From Camelus dromedarius (lineage: Eukaryota), in the NCBI RefSeq assembly GCF_036321535.1, contig NC_087436.1, forward strand, positions 107,634,001-107,698,000: a DNA stretch of 64,000 nucleotides, written 5' to 3'. Under the pieces are notes generated by a model. That model was not told the origin of the DNA, did not search any database, and saw only the letters and a program-made list of their open reading frames with translations. How positions within the stretch are numbered: the first letter of the stretch is position 1; each line of letters opens with the position of its first letter. A program made the position numbers and the translations under genes. Shown here piece after piece: positions 39,351-50,218 of the stretch.

Positions 39351-42300
39351 ATGGAAGCGCTTCTTGCCTATGTGTGATTTAAGACTTAGCTTAGACGTTT
39401 TCTCTTCAAAAAGGTCTATTCTGAAACCCCAGGATGGACTAATGCCCAGTTTCCGAGCCCTCATTACATCTACATCCAGCATGTATCTTTGCATGGCACT
39501 TGCTATATTATGATGAAATATGTTTGTCTGTTTCTGGTTTTCTCTCATTAGTCTGTAAATTCTTCAAGAACAGGGGCAGTCATGGCTCCGACTCCTTTTG
39601 CAGCATCTGACTCATTTAACTTATATATTTGTTTGTGTTCTCTTTCTTTAGGTGTTTGCCATCTTCCCTCATTCTAAAATCAATTATTCAAGGCAAATAA
39701 GAACATATTTGTAATGGTTAAAATAAGTGTTTGAGGGGACTTCAAGATGGGGAAGATAAATTTAGGGCTAAGATTACCACTGCATAGAAATGCATACAGT
39801 TATCACGTTCAGAATAAAAGTTGACCTTGAGATTCCTATCCACAGACCTTCTGAAAACTCTCTGGTTTTGAATCTGGGGTTATAAATATAAAACACAAAA
39901 ATTTTTTAAAAAATATTATAACTTATGTTTCCAAATATTTGATACCCTTTTTCATGGTCACTTTAGGAGCTGGACATATTTTCAATAATATTTCCCTAAC
40001 TCAAACGTCTCCTTGGGAACCAGCTCTTGCCAATACAATCTCATGACCAAGAGTACCCTACATCATCAGTCTTGGTTCAGATTGATTTTGCCCATTCCCT
40101 GTGCTCAGTCCCTCCCTTCAAAGGATGAAGATTTATTTATGTCAAAGAGCTATGAGTGAAATACATGTCACTCAAGGACCAAATTGGTCATCACAAGATG
40201 ACCTCATGGGAGACAGTCCTCTAAGCTACTCCTGGAGTCTCTGCCATGCCTTCCTTTTGCTGGGGTGTCAGGCAGTTTTCTCTACTTGGAGTGACGTGTC
40301 CAGAACTGTTGAATACCTGAGCGTCCAGCTTCCTTTATCTTAATTTTGTGGCATTAACTGGATTGCAAAGAAATTAAGACAAAGTAGAACAAATGGGAAA
40401 AGGCACTTGCAGGGAGACCTAATTTTTTATTCTCACACCAAATGGCATACTTATTTACACAGGAAGTGTGCAGTGGTATTTTAATGGGCATAAAGCCCTT
40501 TGAGATGCTGATGAAAGGATCTGTAATATGATCTCTATTTTGTGCAGCCTTGGCACTGAGCTCAGCAATTCAGAACCTAGAGCTTCTCCTTCATGAAAAA
40601 CGGAAATAATAGAAATTAACACTTTCCTTCTCTAGAGGGAAATTGAAAGGCTGGTGACTCAAGGTCAGGAGATTTTCAATTTAATAAAGACTACTTCCTG
40701 GCTACCCACTATTCCACGTCTCTTTAGTGAAGCAGCTACAATTTTTAGGACAAATGCATGAGATGAGCGTACCATCTCTTTGAATTTTCTTTAAAAAAAA
40801 TGACTGGTTCATAAACGTAATGTTATACTTAATTTCCATTTCTTTTAAAATCAAATTTTCTTAAAAAATTATTACAGCTCAAGCAGAATTCTTTATACTA
40901 ACTTTGAAACTATAATGAAACTGCCCTTGGGGTGAAGGATTAAGGAAATGCTTTTTCTTATTAATAACAGGAGCTGACAGGTATTGAGGAATTTTAAAAT
41001 TCTTTCTCATTGTTAATGGTAGGTGAGTTAGGTGAAGCAGGTCAGATCCAGCTAAATTTAGAGCCAAGTCTCTAATTTCTATAAAACAGGATTAAAAATT
41101 GGAATAGTTTTATGTCTGGAACATCCTGAATATTTTTCTCTTTTTATAGCAAAGACTAGGTATGTTTGCTTGACTGGAAATGTTGTTTTTTTCCCCCTTG
41201 GTATAGCTCAAGGCATAAAACAAAGAAATGTTAAGCAGTCACCAATCTCTTTTGAATTTATTAAGATTCAGAAATAAGACAGAGAACTGAGAAGAAAAGA
41301 AGCAAGAAATCCAATAAGAAAGGAGAATCTAATCTCTGATTACAATATTCCTGTTTCCTCTCCCATGAAAGATGATTATACAGTGACATTCCTCCAGTTC
41401 GGAGTTTACGTTGTACCCACACCAAATTTCAATAATGTCTCTCGGTATCTAGTAGGAATCACTATCTATTGGCACATACAAACTCAAGTAACCTGAATAG
41501 TTGAACTAGCTCATTAATCCATGGTATTTCACTTTTCATATAAGGTTGTGAGAAGAGATTGTCACTTGTAGAGACAGGAGCTCAAAAAGAAGTGTGGTGG
41601 CTGTTTAAGATTTGGCCAGAGCTGTGTCCTTCCTTGAATTCATAAGTGCCTGGGCACAGAGAAGTGATGGGGTGAGTGAGTCTACCTACATGAAGGGCAG
41701 AGGCACCTCCTACAGAGAATTATGTTGAAGGAAATTAGAAATGAGAAGTACTAGCTTGATTTCAAACTAATGCCTCGGAATCAGAGAGGGAGGAGATTTG
41801 GGGTGTGACATCCTTTTCTCAAGTTATATCTCCCAGCCCAGTGTTGGGGACTCATGACTGAGTGTTCTGAGTAAAGGGCTCCAGAGAAGAGTCAGACGAG
41901 GAACTCCTCGCTCAGAAGTGGGAGCCCTACAAGCCCGCATCCAGACCTGCAGCGTCGAGTGTAGCACGGAGGTGGTGAGAGCCCATCTCCCCCTCGTTAC
42001 GGAGGTGACAGCTGACAGCACTCGCAGCCGAGACTTAATAACATGGACTGGGTTGAAAGAAAGAAAAAAAAAAAAAAGAAAGAAAAAGGGGGATGAATTT
42101 CCAAACAGAAAAATAGCTGAGCTGATTTTAAGAAGGTGGCAGCAGGAACCAAAGTTCAAGGAAAACTTGTAAATTAGCAACGTCTTCCACGTTTGTCTGG
42201 GGCCGCGGTAGTTCCCCTAGAGAGGAGATCCTAACTGTGGTGACGGCTTGTGAGCCTCCGAGGCCTGGGAGGTCACTAGAGAGGGAAGGGGCGAGAGTAA

Positions 42301-42640
42301 CTGTGGTAAAAGCCACCTACTATCTGAAAGGGCCGAAGTGGTGAGCGCGCAGGAATCCCCTGGGACAACTCCCCAGGACACAGTAAGGGGAAGGGGAGGT
42401 CTTAGGGACTTGGTGGGTGGAGGCAGAGGCAGAAGAACACAGTGTGAAGTTCTGAGTGTAGCCCTCATTTTGCCGCCAGCATGATGAGGCCAGGGGAACT
42501 TTATAGCCTCAAGAGAAAAGCTGTCCCCAAATTCCTACCAACATTAAACTTAAGGCAGGCTAAGAACCAGAAAAAAAAAAAAAAAAAACCCAAACCCTTA
42601 TGTGTATAGCGATCATTTTCACCTATGTTTTGATGCATTC

Positions 42641-42696
<56 letters not shown>

Positions 42697-42810
42697 ATGA
42701 AATACAGTCAATTACAACGTGTCAGTCCCTGGTGTACAGCAAGCACAATGTCCCAGTCATGCATATACATACATATATTTGTTTTCATAGTTTTTCCATT
42801 AAAGGTTTAC
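42641..42810 (-). mobile_element. Short L1 3' end with (TTTA)n tail
   Basis: (TTTA)n 42641-42695 followed by GAAATACAGTCAATTACAACGTGTCAGTCCCTGGTGTACAGC. Confidence 0.85.
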
Positions 42811-43263
42811 CAAGGGAGGTTTTAAAGGACTTATTTTTATCCTCCCCGCATAAATAAAGGATGTGAGCCTCAGTTTCCTCAAGTTTCTAAGGTTCCAGAG
42901 CTTGTGAGTGGGAGTTTGCATCCGCCCTCAGGGCTAACAGGTCATCTCTGAGAAGCGGGTTCCAGTCACCCCCTCAGAGTCTCAGTGCTGTCTCACTTGC
43001 AAGAGAGCGGGTACTATTCGTCAGTGGGGGGTTTTGGGTTAGGGATGAGTTTAAAATTTTCAAGGGAAAAAGAATTATGACAAAATTGAATTCTAGATTA
43101 AGTTGTGCATGATGTTTTTTAAAAGACACAAGAAGAAGCACCCACTTTCCTTTTCTGGAGGTGGGAACAGAACTGGCGGGAATAGCAGGTGTGGGTGGTG
43201 GTCCCTGGCAGCCCCTAGAGTGCATGTGGGATGAGATGGGCAGTGCTTGGAATAGCCTGAATC

Positions 43264-43990
43264 AAAAGTAATCTCTTAGAGATTTCTTAAAAAACTAAAA
43301 GTAGACTTACCCATATGATCCAACAATCCCATTCCTGGGCATATATCTGGAGAGAACTCTAATTTAAAAAGTACCATGCACCCCAATGTTCATAGCAGCA
43401 CCATTTACAATAGCCTAAGACATGGAAACAACCTAAATGTTGACAGATGACTGTATAAAGAAGCTGTGGTATATTTATACAATGGAATACTACTCAGCCA
43501 TAAAAAAGAATAAAATAATGCCATTTGCCGCAACATGGATGAACCTGGAGATTGTCATACTAAGTGAAGTAAGGCAGAAAGAGAAAAAAAAATACCATAT
43601 GATAACACTCATATGTGGAATCTTAAAAACACAAGTGAACTTATTTACAAAATAGAAGCACTCACAGACATAGAAATCAAACTTATGGTTACTGGGGAGT
43701 GGCAGGGGGGAAGTGGGTGGGAAGAGATAAACTGGGAGTTTGAGATTTGCAGATACTAGCTACTATATATAAAATAGATAACAAGTTTCTACAGTATAGC
43801 ACAGGGAGCTGTATTCAATATTTGTGGTAATCTATAATGAAAAAGAATATGAAAAGGAATATAAGTGTATGTGTGATTGAAACTTTATGCTGTACAGCAG
43901 AAACTGACACAACATTATAAACTGACTATACTTCTATTTAGAAAAATAGAGTGCAGAATTTAAAATGGAAAAAAAAAATGATCTCTTAGA
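43264..43990 (+). mobile_element. 5'-truncated L1 with 17-bp TSD
   Basis: [72 protein letters not shown] (43264-43280) / AAAAATGATCTCTTAGA (43974-43990). Confidence 0.92.
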
Positions 43991-44714
43991 AACAGAATCC
44001 TCACTCTGGGTATTTGTATCCTCCCTGGAGCTCCCCAAATAACATGGAGATTGAGAAATTGCAAAGAATGGTCAGGTCAGTGGATTTTTGTTTGTTTGTT
44101 TGGTTGGTTGGTTGGTTTCTGCTTTTGTGCAGGCGGCTGGCTCAGATGAGGGCAAGTCAGTACCACATAGGTTGGTCCAGCTCCCCAGGAGCCCTGCAGG
44201 GCCCTGTAAGGCCCCCAACCCTCTCTACCCTGTGATGCCCTCTAGGCCAGCTCGGCTGCTCCCTGCCACTGTCTCTCACAGGGTGGTGGTTGGCCAGCAT
44301 CTTGGATTGTAGCTGGCTGACCTAGGATGGTTTTGCTCACGCATCGGGGAGGTGGCAAGCTATCAGCAGAGGCACCTCCACAGGGACGCCCCCTCCAGCA
44401 GCCCTGATCAGCTTCATTTCCATGCCTCCAAGCAAGAGAGGGGAAGCTATGAGCAAGCGCTTCTAAGCACTTTTAAGCCTCCGTTTGCTTACTGTTTGCT
44501 TATTGAAAGTTGCCAAATCCTATTTCTTAAACACCAAACAAATCCTATAATAGACGCTGATGCAATTAATTTTTAGAACTAACTATGAGATTTTCAAACA
44601 TAAACATGGTAGAGAAAGTAGTATAATGAATCTCTGTGTATGCATGATCCGGCTTCAATAATTATTTACACCAAGTCTATCTTAATGCTAAATGATTATT
44701 TAAAACTGTATGCT

Positions 44715-45190
44715 ATGGCACAGACTGCTAGTTCTCCCCCAGATCTGTTCACTTCTTCTTCTATAACAACAGAAGCCCAGATTTGTAGTCCAAAATAGAG
44801 GCTGCATTTCTATTCTAACTTGCAGCGAGGTGTGATGCCTTTTTGGCAATGGGACATGAGCAGAAGTGATGGGTGTCCCTTCTAGGTGTGCCCTTTAATG
44901 GAAGGAATATGGCATCTCCTTCCTTTTCTCCCATCCACGTGTTTTGTAGACAAGGAAAGGAAGCTGTCTTGGACCAGAGACAAATGTCTCTCCTTAATTT
45001 TGGGAAAGCAACAGAATAGAATGTGTCCAGGCTCCTGAAGATTTGGCAGAATTGAACTGCCTCACCACATGGCATTATTATATGAGAGAGGAATAGACAT
45101 CTGTCTCATTCGTGACGTTTGGCCCTCTAGCTTAAACTGTAGTTTACTTGGGTCTGTGTTACCTGCACAAAAATGAATGTCCTAATCTAC
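44715..45190 (+). mobile_element. MaLR LTR (MLT1H/I/J-like)
   Basis: TTTTGGCAATGGGACATGAGCAGAAGTGATG and GAGAGGAATAGACATCTGTCTCATT motifs. Confidence 0.65.
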
Positions 45191-46914
45191 AATCTTGATA
45201 AACTATCCTAAAATATTTGGAGAGTAAAAATCTGATCATATATATTAATGCCATTTCTGTGATGTGATGGAGTCCGTTATCTTTTAGCCCAACAGTTACA
45301 TTACAGACAATTTCTCCTGTTCTTATTTAACAAGTATTTCCTGAGTGATTATTATATGCCAGGCACTGTTCTCAATGTTGGGACTGTATCAGTGAAGAAA
45401 AGTAGACAAAAATCCTTGCCCTCAAGCTTATATTCTGTTAAGGACTGAATGTTTGTATCTTCCCCAAAATGTATATGTTGAAGCCCATATTTGCCATCTC
45501 GGCCCTGAATTACTATTTTTTAATAATAGAGACAAATATTTCAGATAAATATTTTTTTTTAAATAACTGATCATACTTTAAGTTTAGGAACAGTGGGATT
45601 CTATCCAAAGAAAGACCAGAGATACCAATATCACAAAGTATATATAAATTTAGAGAAAGGCTTTCATCGTTTTATTTAGAAATTTCATCCAGTATCCCCT
45701 GCCTTAAACTTACTTAAATTGTGGTTTGATTTTTAAAAAAATATGAGCGAATGAAATGATATCCTTATATGAAACTATTAGGGTCAGAACGCTCTGAAAT
45801 TGGGCAACGAATGTGCAATCTCAGGATCAGAAGTAGGAGTGTTCTTCGTATTTTTAGGACGTGTTACTGAATTATAACACACATATGGAAAACGTGAAAT
45901 TTAGATAAGGAGAATCAAAAAGTAGGAACCCGGCTGTGATGGGCCATTTCCCCCATGCTATGTCGTGAGGGGCCTCAGCCCTGCTGGGGGTGTTTGTACT
46001 TCTACTCTCACGGCTGCGTGGATTTCTGCGGTGTGGATGCACCAGAGTTTAATTATGCATGCTGCCATTGATGAATACGTAGGTTGTCTGCATTTTTGTA
46101 AACATACATGCTGAGCTTGGTTTGTTTTTAGCTCGGAATGGAATTGGGAGGTCATGGTTTCTCTGTGCCAGTAGAAGTTAAAGCTGATCACTTAGAGGGG
46201 AGAGTAGAAGAGATTCCAACAGTATTTGTACTTCAAATCCATTTCAATGCCTAGTTCAATAGTCTCTTTAAAATGTAAACCCGCCACTTCATTTTTTCTT
46301 AAAATCACAATTTATTTTTGTATCATCTTGATTTTCTTAAGGTCATGGTTGCATAAGCAGCTATTCATTATAGATAGCACTCATTTTTAGTGGCTCAGTA
46401 GAGCCTGAATTCACAAAATAAGTGATTCAACTTTGAGCAAACTTATGATATTAAAGCGTGTTACATGCATATATGACAGAAATAATGAAAATGGTCAGGA
46501 GCATTCCTATAATATTTAAAGGGACATGGAACCTTCCAGGGTTATGTGAACCTTGCAAACGTGGGACCCTTTGTATTGTACCTCTTTCTAGTGCCTGAAG
46601 GTCTTTGATTGATGCTGTACATTCATTTAGCTTGTGCTAAGGAACTAGTGAGTTTCCTTCTTTCTAGCACCAAGAATTCTATAATTGCTCGTCTTACGCT
46701 TTTCAATAAGGAAGCTCAGAATCAAATTTCGGGTTAAACTGCAATCGTTATTTTGGAATATTAGGTTATAAGTGTTCTTGTAATAGGGGAGGAGGTTTGA
46801 AGACAGTGGAACTTTGTGAAACCTTCCTGAGCGTAAGCTTTTGTTCTGGAATAATTTCAGATTTATGGAAGTTTCAAAGGTCATACGACCTGCACAGTAA
46901 GACCTTGTGTGGAA

Positions 46915-47215
46915 GTTCACCCAGCTACACTAGGTGGTGGTTCGTGTTACTACCTGTGTGATAGTTCACGGTGTGGTAGTTCACGTGATGTCACCGCGTA
47001 GCTGTGTACACGGTTTACCATTCATGCTGCTAGTCTGCGTGTGAGCACACGCTGTCTCAGACTTTACGCAACTATACTGTGTACTGGTTCACGGTGCAGT
47101 TCACACAACTACACTGTGTATTAGTTCACACCACGTGTGGCTCACACAACTACACTGGGTCTTCATTCCCACCGTGTGCCGTTACACAACTACACTGTTT
47201 GGTGATTCACACAGG
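46915..47215. repeat. Degenerate ~40-bp minisatellite with core CAACTACACTG
   Basis: Core at 47069 (CAACTATACTG), 47106, 47147, 47187; spacing 37/41/40; a further decayed copy CAGCTACACTAG near 46922. Confidence 0.8.
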
Positions 47216-48987
47216 CCATAGTTCAGGGGTGCTGGGTTTAGCATTGTTACCTATAGAAGCTTCAAGAGCAGACAGAGCTCTTAAAAAGTCACTTATAAGA
47301 AGAAGAGAGCCTTTCCAGTTTATACTTCTAAGAGTCTTGTGGGCAGAACAGTTATTTTTAGCATTTACATGGTTTTTCTGCCAAGCAGAAGTTCAAAATC
47401 CAGCTGAAGCACCAGCTGTGCTGCGGGGAGTTCTGGTGGGAGAGCTTCTAGGTTTAAATCGCCCGAGTGCAGCCCGGGAGAGGCTGCTACGTGGAACCTC
47501 TCGGAGGGACAAGGGAGAGGACCATCATTCTCGGGTTTGTGATGCTCCACGGCTTCTGCACCAGCTCTGAGGTCCCGTCCCCACAGGGTATGAATTTGTC
47601 TCTGGCTGTGTTGGCTGCACAAGCCGTGGCCGAGGTTTTGTGCTTCTAATAGCAACAAAGGGTGGTCTATTTGGTTAATAGCTGGTACAATTTGGGATGG
47701 AGAATAGAATACAAAGAGGTATGCAGTGGTCTGTGACTTAGTTTTATTAGCACATTCTTAAGCTCCAATAAAGGACCTTCTGGAGGCAAATCTGAAGTGC
47801 CTTAGGGGTGCCCAGGAAGACACCCAAAGAAGCAGAGGTTGGTGTTGAATTCTGGGCTAATGAAGGTCAGAGGTGGATGCCACCAACAGAGCGCTGAGCC
47901 CTTCTGAGGCAAAGCCCCTGACCCACAACCCTGGCTGACCATTGACTTAATGGCTGAGCCCAGTGGGTTAAGAAAACAAAAATCCAGGGACTGTCAGGGA
48001 GGAATACAGTTCCCTTCCCTGTCATCCAAGAAGAGGAGTTAATTTCCCAGAAGCAAGCCTGACCTCAGGGAAGGGGGTGAGTTGTCTGCTTGGTGTCCAG
48101 CAATCGCTGGGGCAGGTCTTTGGGGGCCCTGTTTCCTCTCCACATCTGATCGGTGCAATGATGCTGGGTAAGTGTATCTTTTCCGCAGCTCAGACCTCAG
48201 GACAGCCATAGCAAGGCAGCCCACTCACGTCTGGCCGGTACTCCAGGCCAGCTCTGCATCTGGCTCCATCTGCCTGAATCCTCTGTATCTGTCAACAGTT
48301 CGCATTTGGACAGTGAGGACATGGCTGTAACGTATTAGCTTTCTAAAGCCCCAGTGCTTCTTAGTCCTTACTATAGTTTTAATTTTGACCTATTTGCCTA
48401 TCATTTCTGTCTAATGAATGTCTGTCTTCCTGATTAGTAAATCAGTCCCGTGGGGACTGAGGCAGTGAGAACTCCTGTGTTCTGGTTCCTATTGTATTGC
48501 CAGTGCCTGGCTCAATGTCCCAAGGGTGCACATACAATTTGTCAAAGGAAATTAATCAGTGAGTCTTGGAAATCCTTACCTTCTCTTTGGGCCTGGCTGT
48601 TTTCCCTCTTGAGGGGTCCTCTTGCTGAGGTCTGAAAAGCTCCCTTGACCACCCTGCCAGGAATCAGTCCCTGGACCAAGATTTTTAACCCCAACAAAGC
48701 CAACCACACATCACAGCATCCCCACCTGAATAGAGTTAGCTCTGTGGAACTGCATCCTGTTCCAAGGAAAAGTCCTGAATTTTCCCGTCCCCGCCCCCGC
48801 CTTGACCCTTCACTTCCTGCTTTGGGCTTGCATTTTCTTGCAGAATCTGGCACTGGACTTGTTCTCTCCAAATCTCTTGGCATGCCTTCATCAACAAACC
48901 TACACACTTTCTCTGTTGCTCGATGCCCTGGGAGAGACCAGACTGCAGGGGCATGAAGTCTCAGCTGACACTCCCTCTCCTCCACCC

Positions 48988-49161
48988 CTCTTCTCTGTCT
49001 TTCTTAGTGTGCTGTTTCTCCAGAGCAACACGCCAGCCTTTGTGTTGCAGGAGGTGAGGAGAAACAAGACACAGAATCTTGGGTGCTTTGGTCCTCAGTT
49101 TCTTATCTTCTTGGTTTAGGGGCTTTCTCACAACATACTGGTGGACGTCATCTTTAGAGAG
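48988..49161 (-). pseudogene. RPS6: Internal fragment of a processed 40S ribosomal protein S6 pseudogene
   Basis: [58 protein letters not shown] aligns to recalled RPS6 [59 protein letters not shown] (42/58 identical by hand, one codon deleted). Confidence 0.95.
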
Positions 49162-49275
49162 CTTGACATAGGGGCCAGTGGAAGTTGGAGCGGGTCTCTG
49201 GCATAGCACAATGAAAGGAGTTTTGTTTGCAGACTTTCTTGGAGGGAATAGGGCATAGGAGAAGGAAATGTTTAC

Positions 49276-50218
49276 TGATAAAAGAAATGTTCTTATGTTG
49301 AGGTATGGGGAAGTCACTTGACTTACACGTGAGTTAACTTGAATTTTTTTTAATTGAAATACAGTCAGTTAAAATGTCTCAGTTTCTGGTATACAGCACA
49401 ATGTCCTAGTCATTCCTTTTCATATTCTTTTTAATTAAAGGTTATTATAAAATATTGAATACAGTTCCCTGAACTATACAGAAGAAATTTGTTTTTAAAT
49501 TTATTTTTATATATAGTGGCTAACATTTGCAAATCTGAAACCCCCAAATGTATCCCTTCCCACCCACTTTCTCCCAGTAACCATAAGATTGCTTACTATG
49601 TTAGTCTGTTTCTGTTTTGTAAATGAATTCATTAGTGTCCTCTTTTTTCCCCCTATTTTTTTTTAGGTTCCACATATGAGTGATAGCATATGGTATTTTT
49701 CTTTCTCTTTCTGGCTTACTTCACCTAGAATGACGATCTCTAGGACAAGTTTCTGGAAACATACAGTCCACCAAGACTGAATCAAGAGTTAACTTGAGTT
49801 TTATGCTAACTAGGACAGCCTGTTTGTGGCATATCAAATGTACATTGTACATATGCTTTAATTATTAAAGAAACGAGCACATTGACCAGAAGTAAAGAAT
49901 ATACCTATCCATGTTAAAAATAAAGATTAAATACCTCCCTTCATGGGATGCCAAAGCTGATCCTCCCCGGGTGCCAAGGCCATGTTGATGCCCTGTGCAC
50001 ATGCCGGTCTGCTTTTCTTGAAACCTTGAAGAAATATATCCCTGACTTGTTTAATGCTCTGTGTTCTGACAAGATATAGAACTGAAAACCGTACTTCTCA
50101 GGAGCAATTTCTCAGAGTAATCCAGGAAGCTGGCTTCTGGGCTATAGTCCTCAGCTGGGCTCAAATAAAACACTTTTTCTTCCAATTGTAGATTGTTTAC
50201 TGATTATTTCCATTGACA
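49276..50218 (+). mobile_element. ERV1-type solo LTR (~490 bp net) interrupted by an L1
   Basis: TG at 49276 and CA at 50217-50218, 4-bp direct repeat TTAC at 49272-49275 and 50219-50222, AATAAA near 50164. Confidence 0.72.
49331..49802 (-). mobile_element. 5'-inverted L1 with 17-bp TSD
   Basis: Minus-strand L1 3' end ~49348-49744; plus-strand 45-bp ORF2 piece DKFLETYSPPRLNQE (49744-49788); TSD GAGTTAACTTGA[A/G]TTTT at 49331-49347 and 49786-49802. Confidence 0.92.

Noticed and set aside
47069..47200. CRISPR array interpretation of the CAACTACACTG repeats
   Set aside because: Core is only 11-15 bp, 'spacers' are homologous to each other, there are no cas genes and the context is mammalian.
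47079..47570. 163-aa ORF with repeated TQLHC
   Set aside because: The peptide repeat is simply the translated minisatellite; non-ATG start and no recognisable homology.
48961..49317. Functional 118-aa RPS6-like gene
   Set aside because: Only 58 codons are RPS6-derived, the N-terminal part comes from unrelated flank/LTR sequence with a non-ATG start, and 16 substitutions in a near-invariant protein indicate decay.
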